From Pseudobdellovibrionaceae bacterium (GTDB lineage Bacteria; Bdellovibrionota; Bdellovibrionia; Bdellovibrionales; UBA1609): a DNA stretch of 64,000 nucleotides. Numbering within the stretch: the stretch's first letter is position 1; each line of letters opens with the position of its first letter. The notes beneath the pieces are model-generated. The model was not told the DNA's origin and did no database searches. It worked only from the letters and a program-made list of their open reading frames with translations. The position numbers and the translations under genes are program-made. Positions 17,792 through 28,800 of this stretch are shown piece by piece. Where the stretch lies: positions 9,427-73,426 of the forward strand of contig JAYVPG010000069.1 of assembly GCA_043757545.1 (NCBI GenBank), given 5' to 3'.

Positions 17792-18471
17792 TCGGCAGCC
17801 AAGGTGCCCGTGAATCTCATTCCGAATTGATTGTGTGGAATGTTGGACAGGGACAATGGGCGACGGTGATCGATGAAACCGCGTGCTGGCATTTGGATAT
17901 GGGCGGCGAGTTTGCGCCATGGCAGGAAATTATGGCCGCTTGCCGCAAGCGCCCCAACCGAGTTTCACTCAGTCACTGGGATGTTGACCATATTTCATTC
18001 GTTTCCAAAGCGCGCATGAATCTGCCAGATATTTGCTTGCTCAATCGGCCCGAGGGACCAGGTTCGCCCCACAAAGAGAGAACGCTAGCGCCACTCTCCC
18101 GCTGTCACCAACTTTCGCCGTTTGAACAATGGTCGGATCCTTTGGGCAAGACGGCCAACGGAAAAAGCTGGGTGGTCCTATGGAATGGAATTTTAGCGCC
18201 CGGCGATTCCCCCCGCATCGAAGAGAAAAAATGGATTCCATATTTTCGCGGTTTTCCGAGCGTGCGCTTTTTGATTCTAGGCCATCATGGCAGTCGAACG
18301 TCGACATCGAAGGAATTGCTGGAATCGCTGCCAAAACTGCAGCTCGCGATTTCAAGCGCTCGCGTTCGCCGTTACGGACATCCTCATAGTGAAGTTGTTC
18401 GGGAGTTGAGTGAGGCGCACGTTCCGTTGTTAAGGACGGAGGAGTGGGGGACGATACACATCGAGTTATAA
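17701..18471 (+). CDS. comEC: ComEC C-terminal metallo-beta-lactamase-fold domain protein (second ORF; probable start ATG 17752)
   Basis: VWNVGQGQWATVID..., LSHWDVDHISF and ILGHHGSRTSTS are ComEC MBL blocks. GGAGG at 17743-17747 precedes ATG 17752. The N-terminal hydrophobic anchor is MAALVGVFLLVFLIG. Confidence 0.75.
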   Translation: MLTAYRGSRFFTGDGGPMAALVGVFLLVFLIGSQGARESHSELIVWNVGQGQWATVIDETACWHLDMGGEFAPWQEIMAACRKRPNRVSLSHWDVDHISFVSKARMNLPDICLLNRPEGPGSPHKERTLAPLSRCHQLSPFEQWSDPLGKTANGKSWVVLWNGILAPGDSPRIEEKKWIPYFRGFPSVRFLILGHHGSRTSTSKELLESLPKLQLAISSARVRRYGHPHSEVVRELSEAHVPLLRTEEWGTIHIEL

Positions 18472-18489
18472 TATGGGAAACGCACTTCA

Positions 18490-18517
18490 CGGTTCCAGTT
18501 TTAATTCACTGGAACCG
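18490..18517. terminator. Perfect 10-bp hairpin between convergent comEC and ald; candidate bidirectional terminator
   Basis: CGGTTCCAGT-tttaattc-ACTGGAACCG. There is no clear U-tract on either strand. Confidence 0.45.
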
Positions 18518-18542
18518 AAAACCGGGCTACGCTCGTTGCAAA

Positions 18543-19652
18543 TTACGAGGGTCGATAGGCTCGGTACTCAAGTCCCAAATCTTTTGCAACCGGCTCGTAC
18601 GTCACGTGCCCGCCGTAAACATTGAGTCCTTTGAATAGGCACGGATCTTTTGCAATCGCTTCTTCGACTCCAAGTTCGGCCAAAATGGATGCGTATTTAA
18701 TCGTCGCGCTGGTGAGAGCGTAAGTCGACGTACGCGCCACGACTCCTGGCATATTGGGTACGCAATAGTGAATGACTCCGTCCACTTCATAAGTCGGATT
18801 GGTGTGGCTAGTCGGGCGGCAGGTTTCAATGCAGCCACCTTGATCCACCGCAACGTCGACCACAACACTGCCGGGCGCCATGGTTTGTACCATTGCGCGC
18901 GTCACAAGTGTCGGAGCTTTATGACCGGTGATCAAAACCGCGCCAACGAGCAGATCGCAATTGGCGACCGTCTTTTCAATGTTGCCGACGTTTGAGTAAA
19001 GCGTACTCACGCGTCCTTGGAAAATATGATCCAAGTATTCCATGCGCGCGCGATTCACATCTAGGATCGTGACCTCGGCACCAAGACCGATGGCCATTTG
19101 AGCGGCGTTCACACCGACAATCCCGCCGCCGATGATGGCGACTTTGCCGCGCTTCACTCCGGTGACTCCGCCGAGAAGGATGCCTTTGCCGCCATGATCT
19201 TTTTGTAAGTAGTAAGCACCGACTTGAGTCGCCATTCGGCCAGCCACTTCACTCATCGGAATCAGCAACGGCAAAGAGCCGTCGGCCAACTGAATAGTTT
19301 CGTAGGCGACCGACTTCACTTTGCGCTCCATCAGGACGCGCGTCAGTTTCGGCTCTGCGGCCAAATGCAAATATGTATAGAGGATCTGATTTTCTTTGAG
19401 CAGCTCATATTCATCGGGAAGCGGCTCTTTCACCTTAATAATCATTTCCGCTTTCGCGTAGATCTCTTTTTTGGTGGGAAGAATTTTGCCGCCTGAGCGC
19501 TCGAAATCTTCGTTGGTGATTCCGCTGCCAAGACCTGCATCTTTTTCGATGTAAACGGCGTGACCTTCTTTAGTCAGCTGCTTTACACCGGCCTCGGTCA
19601 AACCGACGCGGTTCTCACTGATTTTGATTTCCTTGGGGACACCAATGATCAT
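18543..19652 (-). CDS. ald: Alanine dehydrogenase
   Basis: [24 protein letters not shown]-terminus and NAD-binding segment [14 protein letters not shown]. The length of 369 aa is typical. Confidence 0.9.
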   Translation of the reverse strand: MIIGVPKEIKISENRVGLTEAGVKQLTKEGHAVYIEKDAGLGSGITNEDFERSGGKILPTKKEIYAKAEMIIKVKEPLPDEYELLKENQILYTYLHLAAEPKLTRVLMERKVKSVAYETIQLADGSLPLLIPMSEVAGRMATQVGAYYLQKDHGGKGILLGGVTGVKRGKVAIIGGGIVGVNAAQMAIGLGAEVTILDVNRARMEYLDHIFQGRVSTLYSNVGNIEKTVANCDLLVGAVLITGHKAPTLVTRAMVQTMAPGSVVVDVAVDQGGCIETCRPTSHTNPTYEVDGVIHYCVPNMPGVVARTSTYALTSATIKYASILAELGVEEAIAKDPCLFKGLNVYGGHVTYEPVAKDLGLEYRAYRPS

Positions 19653-19715
19653 CTTATTAGCTCCTGTTGTCGTGAAGGGACTGTTTTAGCCTTCGCCAAC
19701 TGAGCCGTCAAATGA

Positions 19716-20621
19716 TCAGTCGTTCATCCATTGGGATTGGGAGTCGAAGTGATTCGGCAAGTCGGCGCCTAGCTCGATGTGCCGGTAACGATCCGGGGAC
19801 TCGAGAATCTTACGCACCAAGCGATTCATCATATCGTGGCCCGCGCGATGTAAGACGACGTGTCCCATAAGCGGGATACCCAAGGTCACCAGGTCGCCAA
19901 GCGCATCGAGCACCTTATGTCGGACAAACTCATTGTCCCAACGCAAACCCTCGGGATTTAAGATCTCGGTATGGTCCAGGACGACGGCGTTCTCCAAGCT
20001 ACCGCCGCGGGCTAAACCTTTTGCGCGCATCGCCTCTACATCCTTTAGAAAGCCAAAGGTGCGGGCGCGGGCAATTTCGCGGGCGAAAGACTGTTCGGTG
20101 ACGTCGATATCGAAGGTTTGCAGACCGATACATGGGTGAGAGAACTCGATAGTCGCGCTGATGCGAAGACCATTGTAGGGCACCACGTAGGCGTGTTTAT
20201 CATGATCGCCCTGGAAGATCGGCTGAGTGATGTAAGCATATTTGCGGGCTTGGCTTTGTTCCGCAAGGCCGGCCGAGAGAATGGCCTCGAGGAAGGGAGC
20301 CGCGCTGCCGTCGCCAATGGGAATTTCGGGACCGTCGAGCTCAATAAAAAGATTGTCGATTCGCAGCGCCGCGAGAGTCGATAGGCAATGCTCAACCGTC
20401 GACACACTGAACGCGTCACCGCCAAGAGTGGTCGCCATCGTGGTCGCGGTGACTCGGTCGACTTGCGCTGATATCGCGGGGCTGCCCGGAAGGTCACGTC
20501 GGACGAAGTAAATACCCGTGCCTTCGGGGGCGGGGCAAAAGGTAAGACGCGCAGGCTCGCCGGTGTGCAGGCCAATGCCTTCAACGCTGACTCTTTGCCG
20601 AATGGTTCTTTGCAGGAACAT
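19716..20621 (-). CDS. lpxC: UDP-3-O-acyl-N-acetylglucosamine deacetylase
   Basis: QRTIRQRVSVEGIGLHTGEP, TVEHCLSTLAALRIDN, FVRHKVLDALGDL and HRAGH blocks. Confidence 0.92.
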   Translation of the reverse strand: MFLQRTIRQRVSVEGIGLHTGEPARLTFCPAPEGTGIYFVRRDLPGSPAISAQVDRVTATTMATTLGGDAFSVSTVEHCLSTLAALRIDNLFIELDGPEIPIGDGSAAPFLEAILSAGLAEQSQARKYAYITQPIFQGDHDKHAYVVPYNGLRISATIEFSHPCIGLQTFDIDVTEQSFAREIARARTFGFLKDVEAMRAKGLARGGSLENAVVLDHTEILNPEGLRWDNEFVRHKVLDALGDLVTLGIPLMGHVVLHRAGHDMMNRLVRKILESPDRYRHIELGADLPNHFDSQSQWMND

Positions 20622-20821
20622 GAATTCACCTCTAGTACTTCAATACATACAACGTTCGTGCCGCTCTAGGGACCTCGAAATACGTCCTAACTAACTGCGC
20701 TAAGTGACTAGAATAACTGTGCATCGACAATTGTCCAGGGCTCAGTGCCGAGTGCTTTTTTACAACAACTGTTGTGAATTAAGCGCATTGCATGAGCCTT
20801 TTCGCATGATAAACTGAAGAG

Positions 20822-21085
20822 GTGAAGAGTGTGTTTTTAATTCTAATTTTGGCGACTGCGACTGGATGTGCGACTTCGGATGGGTGGTTGATGCCCTATG
20901 GAGATGAAAATGCGCATCCCGTCGCCGCCGCTTACGGAAATGAAACGTTCTCAGTCCGTAAGCCGATGCCTCACCGCCCAGAGAATGTTCGGCCCTATGA
21001 GTTCTTTTATAAACATTGCTCGATGAACGGGGATGAGGCGGTCTATTCAAAGACCGCTTATGATTGCGCAGGCCCGGCGTTTTAA
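20822..21085 (+). CDS. Small hypothetical lipoprotein
   Basis: 87 aa. Lipobox-like signal MKSVFLILILATATGC. GTG start. No recognisable domain. Confidence 0.45.
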   Translation: MKSVFLILILATATGCATSDGWLMPYGDENAHPVAAAYGNETFSVRKPMPHRPENVRPYEFFYKHCSMNGDEAVYSKTAYDCAGPAF

Positions 21086-21090
21086 ATGCG

Positions 21091-22095
21091 TTAGAAAGTT
21101 TCGTCCAACGCCTTCAAATGCGCGCGGCTGAGTTCGGTGATGATTCGGCCGCGAGGGGTTTTTTGCAACAAGCCTTCTTGCAGAAGAAATGGTTCGTAAA
21201 CTTCTTCTAAGGTATCGACCTCTTCGCTCAATGCCGCCGACAATGTGTCGATGCCGACCGGGCCACCTGCGAATTTATTGTGTATCAGCCAGAGAATTCG
21301 GCGATCCATTGGGTCGAGACCGAGTTGATCGACCTCCAGCTGATCCAAAGCATACGCCGCAAGCTTCGCGGTGATGACTCCATCGCCGTGCACATCCGCG
21401 TAGTCGCGCACGCGCTTTAACAAACGATTGGCGACCCGTGGAGTCCCGCGTGACCGGCGTGCGATTTGTTCCGCGCCGTCGCCGAGTAATTCGATATTTA
21501 ATAATTGTGCCGAGCGGGAAAGAATCGTGATCAGCGATTCACGATCATAAAACGAAAGTCGCTCGACGATCCCAAAGCGATCGCGAAACGGGGCCTTCAA
21601 GAGGCCCGCGCGAGTGGTGGCGCCGACCAGCGTGAACGGATTCAACTGAAAGCGCATTGAGCGGGCACCTAAGCCGTCACCAGTGACGATGTCTATGTAG
21701 AAGTCCTCCATTGCGCTGTAAAGATACTCTTCGACATCGCGACTTAAACGATGAATTTCGTCGATAAAAAATATTGAGCCTGGCTTAAGACTGGTGAGAA
21801 TCGCAGCCAGATCGCCTTTGCGGTGAAGCGCGGGACCACTGGTGGATTTAAAATCAACCTCTAAAGCCGAGGAAAGAATGTGTGCGAGCGTGGTTTTCCC
21901 CAGCCCCGGAGGCCCACAAAACAACGTATGATCCATTGGCTCGCCACGTTTTTTCGCGGCTTGAATAAATACCTTTAATTTATCTTTAACCTTATTTTGA
22001 CCAGGAAATTCTGCGAAAGTTTTTGGACGTAGACTGATCTCGGCACTGATGTCGCCTTCTGTCTTCTCCCCTGAAATCGCGCGTTCGGTTTCCAT
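21091..22095 (-). CDS. ruvB: Holliday junction branch-migration helicase RuvB
   Basis: Walker A GPPGLGKTTLA, the FIDEIHRL box, and a winged-helix C-terminus. Located in the ruvCAB array. Confidence 0.95.
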   Translation of the reverse strand: METERAISGEKTEGDISAEISLRPKTFAEFPGQNKVKDKLKVFIQAAKKRGEPMDHTLFCGPPGLGKTTLAHILSSALEVDFKSTSGPALHRKGDLAAILTSLKPGSIFFIDEIHRLSRDVEEYLYSAMEDFYIDIVTGDGLGARSMRFQLNPFTLVGATTRAGLLKAPFRDRFGIVERLSFYDRESLITILSRSAQLLNIELLGDGAEQIARRSRGTPRVANRLLKRVRDYADVHGDGVITAKLAAYALDQLEVDQLGLDPMDRRILWLIHNKFAGGPVGIDTLSAALSEEVDTLEEVYEPFLLQEGLLQKTPRGRIITELSRAHLKALDETF

Positions 22096-22108
22096 ATTTC
22101 GCTTTCCC

Positions 22109-22678
22109 CTATGTCGTCAACGCGGTCAGTCCCTGGCGCAGGCCGCCCTCGAGATCGGTTTCTGCGGGCATGCGATCGACCACTTTTTCCACATCGCCGA
22201 TGCGGAAGCCCAAGTTCACCAGCGCTGAAACAATCTGTGAGCGCGCGCCGAAACGTTGCGCACTCCCCGCCTCACCACCGCGCACCAGCTTGCCTTGCAA
22301 GGTGAGTACGATTTGCTCTGCACTTTTTTTGCCGACCTTGGGCAATTTAGTCAACGCACCCACATTCGCGTCATCGATCCACTGCACGATCTGCTTGGTC
22401 GGCGCGCCAGAAATAATATTCAGCGCCGACTTCGGACCGATGCCGTTCACCTTGAGCAAAGATAAAAACAGCGCCTTCTCAAGCTCCGTCGAAAAACCAA
22501 AAAGTTGCAAAGCATCTTCACGCACATGGGTGTAAACCCAAACTTCAATAAATGCTTTTCCGTCTAAATCCGTAAGTGTCTGCACCGAGCAGCTGAGTTC
22601 GTAGCCCACGCCCTGCACCAGTAAAATTAAATTGTCGAGGCCCATGCGTAAGGGGCGACCTTGTAAATATCCAATCAC
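22109..22678 (-). CDS. ruvA: Holliday junction DNA-binding protein RuvA
   Basis: MIGYLQGRP N-terminus and HhH region LLKVNGIGPKSALNI. Located between ruvC and ruvB. Confidence 0.92.
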   Translation of the reverse strand: MIGYLQGRPLRMGLDNLILLVQGVGYELSCSVQTLTDLDGKAFIEVWVYTHVREDALQLFGFSTELEKALFLSLLKVNGIGPKSALNIISGAPTKQIVQWIDDANVGALTKLPKVGKKSAEQIVLTLQGKLVRGGEAGSAQRFGARSQIVSALVNLGFRIGDVEKVVDRMPAETDLEGGLRQGLTALTT

Positions 22679-23190
22679 AGGGAACCCTCCATCATCTTCT
22701 TTAAGCGCAGGTTCGTTTCACGCACGCGGGCGTGGCAAACAGCTAATGACAAGGCGTCGGAGGCGTCAAACACTAACTTTCCGGGTTGAATGCGCAGCTG
22801 GTTGAACACGGCGATTTGCACATGCTCTTTGTCGGCACCACCGTTGCCGGTCAATGCCTTCTTAACGTAGCGAGCCGCGTACTCGTCGACACTCGCACCG
22901 TTTTGCGCAGCCACCAGAACACAAACGCCGCGCGCGTGCCCGAGCTTAAACGCACTGTCGGCGTTTTTGCCGAAAAAAATCTTTTCGACGACAGATGAGG
23001 TTGCAGGATATTTGCCAAATAGTTCAGAGAGCTCCTGGTGCAAAACGCGCAAGCGTTCCGCCATTGGCCAGGTGCTTTTTAGATGGATCACGCCGTGGGC
23101 GACATGAGTAAGCTCGTCACCATGAACTGCGATGACGCCGAATCCGGTTTGTAGACTACCGGGGTCTAACCCTAAAATTAGATCTTTCAA
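22675..23190 (-). CDS. ruvC: Holliday junction resolvase RuvC
   Basis: ILGLDPGSLQTGFGVI N-terminal catalytic block. 171 aa. 4-nt overlap with ruvA. Confidence 0.9.
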   Translation of the reverse strand: MKDLILGLDPGSLQTGFGVIAVHGDELTHVAHGVIHLKSTWPMAERLRVLHQELSELFGKYPATSSVVEKIFFGKNADSAFKLGHARGVCVLVAAQNGASVDEYAARYVKKALTGNGGADKEHVQIAVFNQLRIQPGKLVFDASDALSLAVCHARVRETNLRLKKMMEGSL

Positions 23191-23239
23191 TACGGATTTG
23201 CCTCCCCCACTCTTGCCCTGCTCAAATTATGGTGGGAAG

Positions 23240-24046
23240 ATGAATGCGATGCAAGAAATCCAGCCCGAATTGATCGAAAAATATCAAATCCTTCTGCAGA
23301 AGGATCCCAAGTCCCAAGTTTTTGCGCCACTCACCGAGGCCTATCGTAAAATGGGACTGCTAGAGGAGGCTTTTCGCATTGCTGTACGCGGCGTTCAGTT
23401 CAATCCACAGTTCGGCGGCGGACGCATGGCATTAGCCAAGGTTTTCATCGATCGCGACAATGTGTCCGGTGCTCTGGAAGAACTTGAGCGCGCCGTGGAT
23501 CTTTCACCCGACAATATTCTTGCGCATCTTTTGCTTGGCGAATGCTATCTAAAGACGAAGCGACCAAAGGATGCTCTGCGCTCGTTCAAAATGGTGCTGT
23601 TCTTGGCGCCGAATAACGAAAAGGCGCTCAAAGCCGTACGCAAACTCGAATCGCTCACCGCGGATGAATACGAAGAGGATCTTTTCGAGATGAAGCAATT
23701 GCCGCAAGCCGGTGAACTTTCGTCAGAGAAAATCACGGCCCTTAAACCTATCGCACACGGTGGACTCACCAGCGAACTCGAGCGTGTTTTGTCACTTAGC
23801 GATGCCTACATTGTGCGCGGAGATATGGACAAAGCGCTCGAAGTTCTTAAGCGCGGTGAGGATAGCTTTGCGGCGCACCCCGAGCTAGTCAAACGCTTAA
23901 AGCTAGTCAATCAACGCGGCATGGATTCCAGTGAGATAGAGGCCGACTCTCCGGCCGTGCCGCTGCCCAATCGACAAATGCAGGCAGTTGAAGGCAAAAT
24001 AGATCTGCTTGAGCGCCTACTAAAACGCCTGCGGGCTGAAACTTAA
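23240..24046 (+). CDS. TPR repeat protein
   Basis: Trimmed to ATG 23240, because the longer ORF overlaps the ruvC 5' end. Repeated TPR-like A..Y...G....A helices (LTEAYRKMGLLEEAFRIAVRGVQFNP; LLGECYLKTKRPKDALRSFKMVLFLAPNN). Confidence 0.65.
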   Translation: MNAMQEIQPELIEKYQILLQKDPKSQVFAPLTEAYRKMGLLEEAFRIAVRGVQFNPQFGGGRMALAKVFIDRDNVSGALEELERAVDLSPDNILAHLLLGECYLKTKRPKDALRSFKMVLFLAPNNEKALKAVRKLESLTADEYEEDLFEMKQLPQAGELSSEKITALKPIAHGGLTSELERVLSLSDAYIVRGDMDKALEVLKRGEDSFAAHPELVKRLKLVNQRGMDSSEIEADSPAVPLPNRQMQAVEGKIDLLERLLKRLRAET

Positions 24047-24110
24047 GTTTACATAAGCGCAAACTTCTACTATCAAAATAGACTCCACCCGAGCTCTAGA
24101 GGTTATTTAA

Positions 24111-24677
24111 ATGTATGATTTAAGTGATTTTAAAAAAGGCTTAAAAGTTTTGATCGATGGCCAGCCGTATTCGGTCGTCGACTTTCAACACGTCAAACCG
24201 GGCAAGGGCAACCAGTTCACACGCACCAAACTTAAACACTTGCTCAACGGCAGCAACTTGGAGCGCACGTTCAAATCCGGCGAGAAATTTGAAATTCCCG
24301 ATGTCGTATTTAAAGACATGAATTTTCTCTACAAAGATGAATCCGGTTTTAATCTTATGGACCAAAGTTCGTACGAGCAAGTCTCACTCAATCCCGAGCT
24401 GGTCGGTGAAGCCGCCAATTTTTTGACGGAAAATCTGCCCGTGAAGGTCATCTTTTTCAATGATCGCGCTGTCGGGCTTGAAGTCCCGAAGTCGGTAAAC
24501 TTAAAAGTCACACAGACTGACCCTGGTTTTAAAGGCAATACGGTCAGCAACACCTATAAAGCCGCCACTCTCGAGACTGGTTTTGTGGCCCAAGTGCCAT
24601 TGCATATCGCCGAGGGCGATTTGTTGAAAATCAACACGACGGATGGGGCTTTTGTCGAGCGTGTGAATCTGAAATAA
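24111..24677 (+). CDS. efp: Translation elongation factor P
   Basis: 188 aa with the VVDFQHVKPGKGNQFTRTKLK loop and the three-domain length. Confidence 0.93.
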   Translation: MYDLSDFKKGLKVLIDGQPYSVVDFQHVKPGKGNQFTRTKLKHLLNGSNLERTFKSGEKFEIPDVVFKDMNFLYKDESGFNLMDQSSYEQVSLNPELVGEAANFLTENLPVKVIFFNDRAVGLEVPKSVNLKVTQTDPGFKGNTVSNTYKAATLETGFVAQVPLHIAEGDLLKINTTDGAFVERVNLK

Positions 24678-24751
24678 GGTCATTTACAGCGCGCCAGGTC
24701 AGGCCTCGCGGCTTTTCGAATTCCCTAACATAATTAAAAAGTTAGGTAGAA

Positions 24752-25828
24752 TTGGGAAGGGTGAGCCGCGCTTTGGAAACGATCAACGAACTCGAGCTCC
24801 GCAAATTTTTAAAAGCCAAGATTGCGGGGCAGGAACTCGTCAGTAAAATTTTGCGACGTTTGGTCGATCCATCATTATCATGGGAAGAAAAACGCCCATT
24901 TTGGAATTTTCTTTTTAACACCGGGCGTGAAGACACGTTATGTGCGGCACTTTCCCTGACCTTGGAATCTAAACAGCGCATTCCCTTTGATCTGTACATC
25001 GCAATGTGTGCTCGCGCGAATCTGCAGCCCAACAAAAGTATCTTAGAGAGTTTAATCAAGGGGTTAAAAAAACAAAAGGCCCATGAAGATATTCTGGCGT
25101 GCAAGGGTTGGGACAAATGGGACCCGCGGTTTGGGCGAGCGCGCGCCGAACTGCTCGAACAAAAACTCCGCGAGCAAAGACAGCAAAAAGAAAACTTAAA
25201 AGAAAAATTTCATTTTCTAAAAAATCAACGGATGACCGAGCAGGCCGGCCGTGTTTTACGACGCATGCTCGAACTTTACCCAGATGACGGCGAACTCAAG
25301 GCCTTCAAGAGTGAGTTCGATGAGCAATGGGCGCGCGACGTTCTCTCCACTCATATTTCAACACTGCAATCCGAAGGGATGGACCGCACACAAACTGAGC
25401 CGTCGAGCGGTGACAAAGAGATGATCCAACGCTTGATGATCGAGGGCGAAAAAATCTCGTTCGAGCATCGTGCGTTCGCGTTCGATTTAGCCGTCGCCTT
25501 CTGGTTCATGGAAGACTATAATCACGCTCTGGATATTTTGGCGTGGGCCGAAATCGGCAGTTCGTCGGATTGGATGCGTGCTGAACTTTTATTTGCCTCT
25601 CGGCGTTTTTTAGAGGCGCTTGAGCATTTGAATCAAATGGAGATTAAATACATCGAAGATCCCGAGACCACGTTCTCAGTCTCCTACCTACGCGCGCAGT
25701 GCCTATGGGCTCTTGGACAAAAAACGTTGGGCCTTGAGATCATGCAAAGCATCGTGCGAGTGCGCTCCAACTATCGTTCGGCTCACGCGTTGATTCTGAA
25801 GTGGGCGGAAGGCGTCAGTTGGGAATAA
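24752..25828 (+). CDS. Hypothetical all-helical protein upstream of tamB-like gene
   Basis: Long ORF with coding-like composition. Helical-repeat character with a TPR-like C-terminus. No catalytic motif recognised. The start is uncertain (TTG 24752 or GTG 24761). Confidence 0.5.
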   Translation: MGRVSRALETINELELRKFLKAKIAGQELVSKILRRLVDPSLSWEEKRPFWNFLFNTGREDTLCAALSLTLESKQRIPFDLYIAMCARANLQPNKSILESLIKGLKKQKAHEDILACKGWDKWDPRFGRARAELLEQKLREQRQQKENLKEKFHFLKNQRMTEQAGRVLRRMLELYPDDGELKAFKSEFDEQWARDVLSTHISTLQSEGMDRTQTEPSSGDKEMIQRLMIEGEKISFEHRAFAFDLAVAFWFMEDYNHALDILAWAEIGSSSDWMRAELLFASRRFLEALEHLNQMEIKYIEDPETTFSVSYLRAQCLWALGQKTLGLEIMQSIVRVRSNYRSAHALILKWAEGVSWE

Positions 25829-28800
25829 ATATCACCCGACGCACGGTCGCTAAACTTATTCTATTGGCGGTTTCCGGCTTCTCCTTAGGCTTTGCCTACA
25901 ACTATCACCTGCCACGCATTGAAGCCTATTTGCTCGGTGAAGTTGAACGCGTGAGCCAGGAACGCTCTCCGATTCGCATTTGGGCTCAACGTTTACATTT
26001 TCACTTGGTCCCATTGGGCGTCAGTCTTGAAGAGGTTCGTCTTCTCGCGCAAGCGCCGTTGGATAAATATCTAGCTCCCGCGACGTTGCACGAAGTCGGC
26101 GCGCATTTGGCGCTCTTGCCGCTGCTGCGCGGAGAATTGCGTTTGAGTCAGGTGTATATTCGAAACTCTGAACTCAATTTGTTTTTGCGTTCCGATTTAT
26201 TTACCGATAAAAAAGGTCCGGAAAAGTTACGCCTTGATTTTGACCAACTCTACCAGCTCCCCATCGACGAATTCTTGCTCGAAGACGTGCAGATTCAAGG
26301 CCGTCTTGAGCCACAGAACGTAGTGTTTCGGGTTACAAATCTAAATGTCACCATTGAAAATCGCTACCGCTCGATTTTTGTCGAAGTGAACGCACCGCGA
26401 GTAATGGTGAAACCGAGCGGGCCAGTGCATCCTCTGAACGCTCAACTGGAACTTCGCACTCTAATTGAAGCCAGTGAAATGCAAGTTTCTGCGTTCAAGC
26501 TTAAAGCCGGCGATAGCTTTGTCGTGGCGAGTGGCAAATTCAATGGTGACCTGGCAGTCGGACGTTTTGATACGGGGATGTTTGAAGCGCGATCCAGACT
26601 GGATCTGGAGGATATCAATGCTTGGGAGAATATTTTTTATCTCAAGCCTCGCATTCCCCGATTGGAAGGCCGTGCCGAAATGGATCTGGGAATTGAGCTG
26701 CAAAAGAAGAAAGGCTACAAGTTCGACGTCGACGTGAAGACTACGGGAGTCGAAATAGATAAATATACCGTTGGTCAAATTCAAGGCCATCTCACCTCAA
26801 ATTTAAAATCGATTTCCAGCGATGTTATGCATTTGTCGAACAATTCAGGAAAAGTAGATCTAATAAAATTAACTATCAATCTTGAACCTAAGACGACGAT
26901 TTCGGCGGTCGTGAAGGTTCCGGGGATCGAAGTGCACGAGCTACTCGAGAACCTCGACGTCAAACATGTCCCTATTATGGTTCCTATCAAGGGCGAAGCG
27001 GAGTGTCTTGCGGTTCTTGGGGATTCACCTGAGGTGAACTGCAGCGGCGGGTTTAGTGCGGCAAAAATTCATGTCGACACAGGTCGTCCCAAGTTTTCAA
27101 CGATCGTCGAGGCCGTCGACGTACGCGCGAAAGGCCAGGTTAAAGTCACGGCAAAAGACGTGAGCTATAAGGGCGATCTGGCGCTTGGAAGAAATTCTGC
27201 CGGGCACTCCGATGGGGTTATCAACTACGACAAGGGATTTAAAATCAACTACCAAGCTGACAACTTGGATTTCGCCGAGGTGAAGAATCTCGTGAATCTA
27301 AAATTCGAAGGTGCGATGAAAATAAACGGGAGCACAACGGGAACTTCACATTGGGCGACCATCGACATGAGCATCGACGGCAAAGACCTCTGGCTCGAGG
27401 ACTATCCGCTTGGCTCTGCGACTTCAAAAGTTAACTACAAGGCCGGTCATTTGAATTTCAGTGCGCTGCAGGGGCAATTTGAAGTTACCCGCTATACAGG
27501 CCAGGTGGATTTGGATCTCGATAAGGATCGTATTCGCATGAGTGGTCAAATTCCGTTTATGGACCTTAAAGACGTGCAAAGTTTATTTAAACGCAAAGTC
27601 ACGCTACCTATTGCGATGTCGGGAACCGGAACTGGTCGACTTGAGGCTGAAGGACCGTTGCGTTTTCGCGATATGAGCTACGACTTTCGCTCCAGCTTCT
27701 TTCGCGGACAAATGGCTGGCGAGTCGTTCGATGAGTTTGTCTTTCAGGTCAAAGCCAAAGATGGATTGGTAAAATCGGAAAAAATCACGTTGTCTAAATC
27801 GAGTGGGGTTGTCGACGTCAAAGGTCAGATTACGCCCAAAGGAGAGATGGACTGCGTCGCCGTCGGCCGCAGCATGCGCCTTGAGCAATCGGAAAATATT
27901 TTGTCCATGGGTCTCGACTTGCAAGGCCTAGCCGATTTCACCGTTTTGGTGCGCGGCCAACTTCCCCATCCGCGGGTCGAGCTCAACGGGCGACTGAGCA
28001 AAGTGGTACTCGGTGACATCGCCGCCGAGGACTCGGTGTTCAAATTGAATTTTCTAGATGATCGCATGGAGGGTTCGGGTCAGTTTTTGGGCACAACTCT
28101 GGTCAGCGACTTCACGTTTCCCTATACGTCAGAAGCCCCGTTTCGTTTTAAATTAAAAACCAAAAAATGGGATTTCATTACGTTATTTTCTTTGCTCTCC
28201 CGATCCGCCCGACAAATCGACTTTAATACCTCTGTAACCATGGACGTCAACCTCAGCGCGGATCACGGCGGACTTTGGGCATCGAGTGGACGCGTGGATC
28301 TGTCGGAATTCGTGATCCGCAAGGGCAGCAAAAGTATGGCGGCTGAAAAGCCAATGATCTTTATCGTTAAGCAGGGCGTGGTGAACTCCGACAATAGCGT
28401 GATCTCCGCCGGTGACAGCTATTTGAAACTGGATGTCGCAGGCCTGACCAAAAATGCGCTGAATGCCTCGCTCAATGGCAAAGTGGATTTAAGTTTACTG
28501 GGCCTGTTCACGCCCTTTATTTCAGATCTGCGTGGCAATATGGCCGTCTCGATGGACCTGAAAGGGACAGCCGAGAAACCATTTGTCAGTGGCTCGGCCT
28601 ATATTGATCGCGGCTACGCCAAATTTTCCGATTTTTATCATCCCGTCTCGAACGTTCGCGCCGATATTTTATTTAACGACAATCAAATACTTTTGAATAC
28701 CATTCGCGGAGATATCGCCGGCGGAAAACTTTCCGGAGACGGCAAAATCACTTTTTCAGGAAAATCGCGACCCATTGATATTAAAGGCTCCTTCAGCGAC

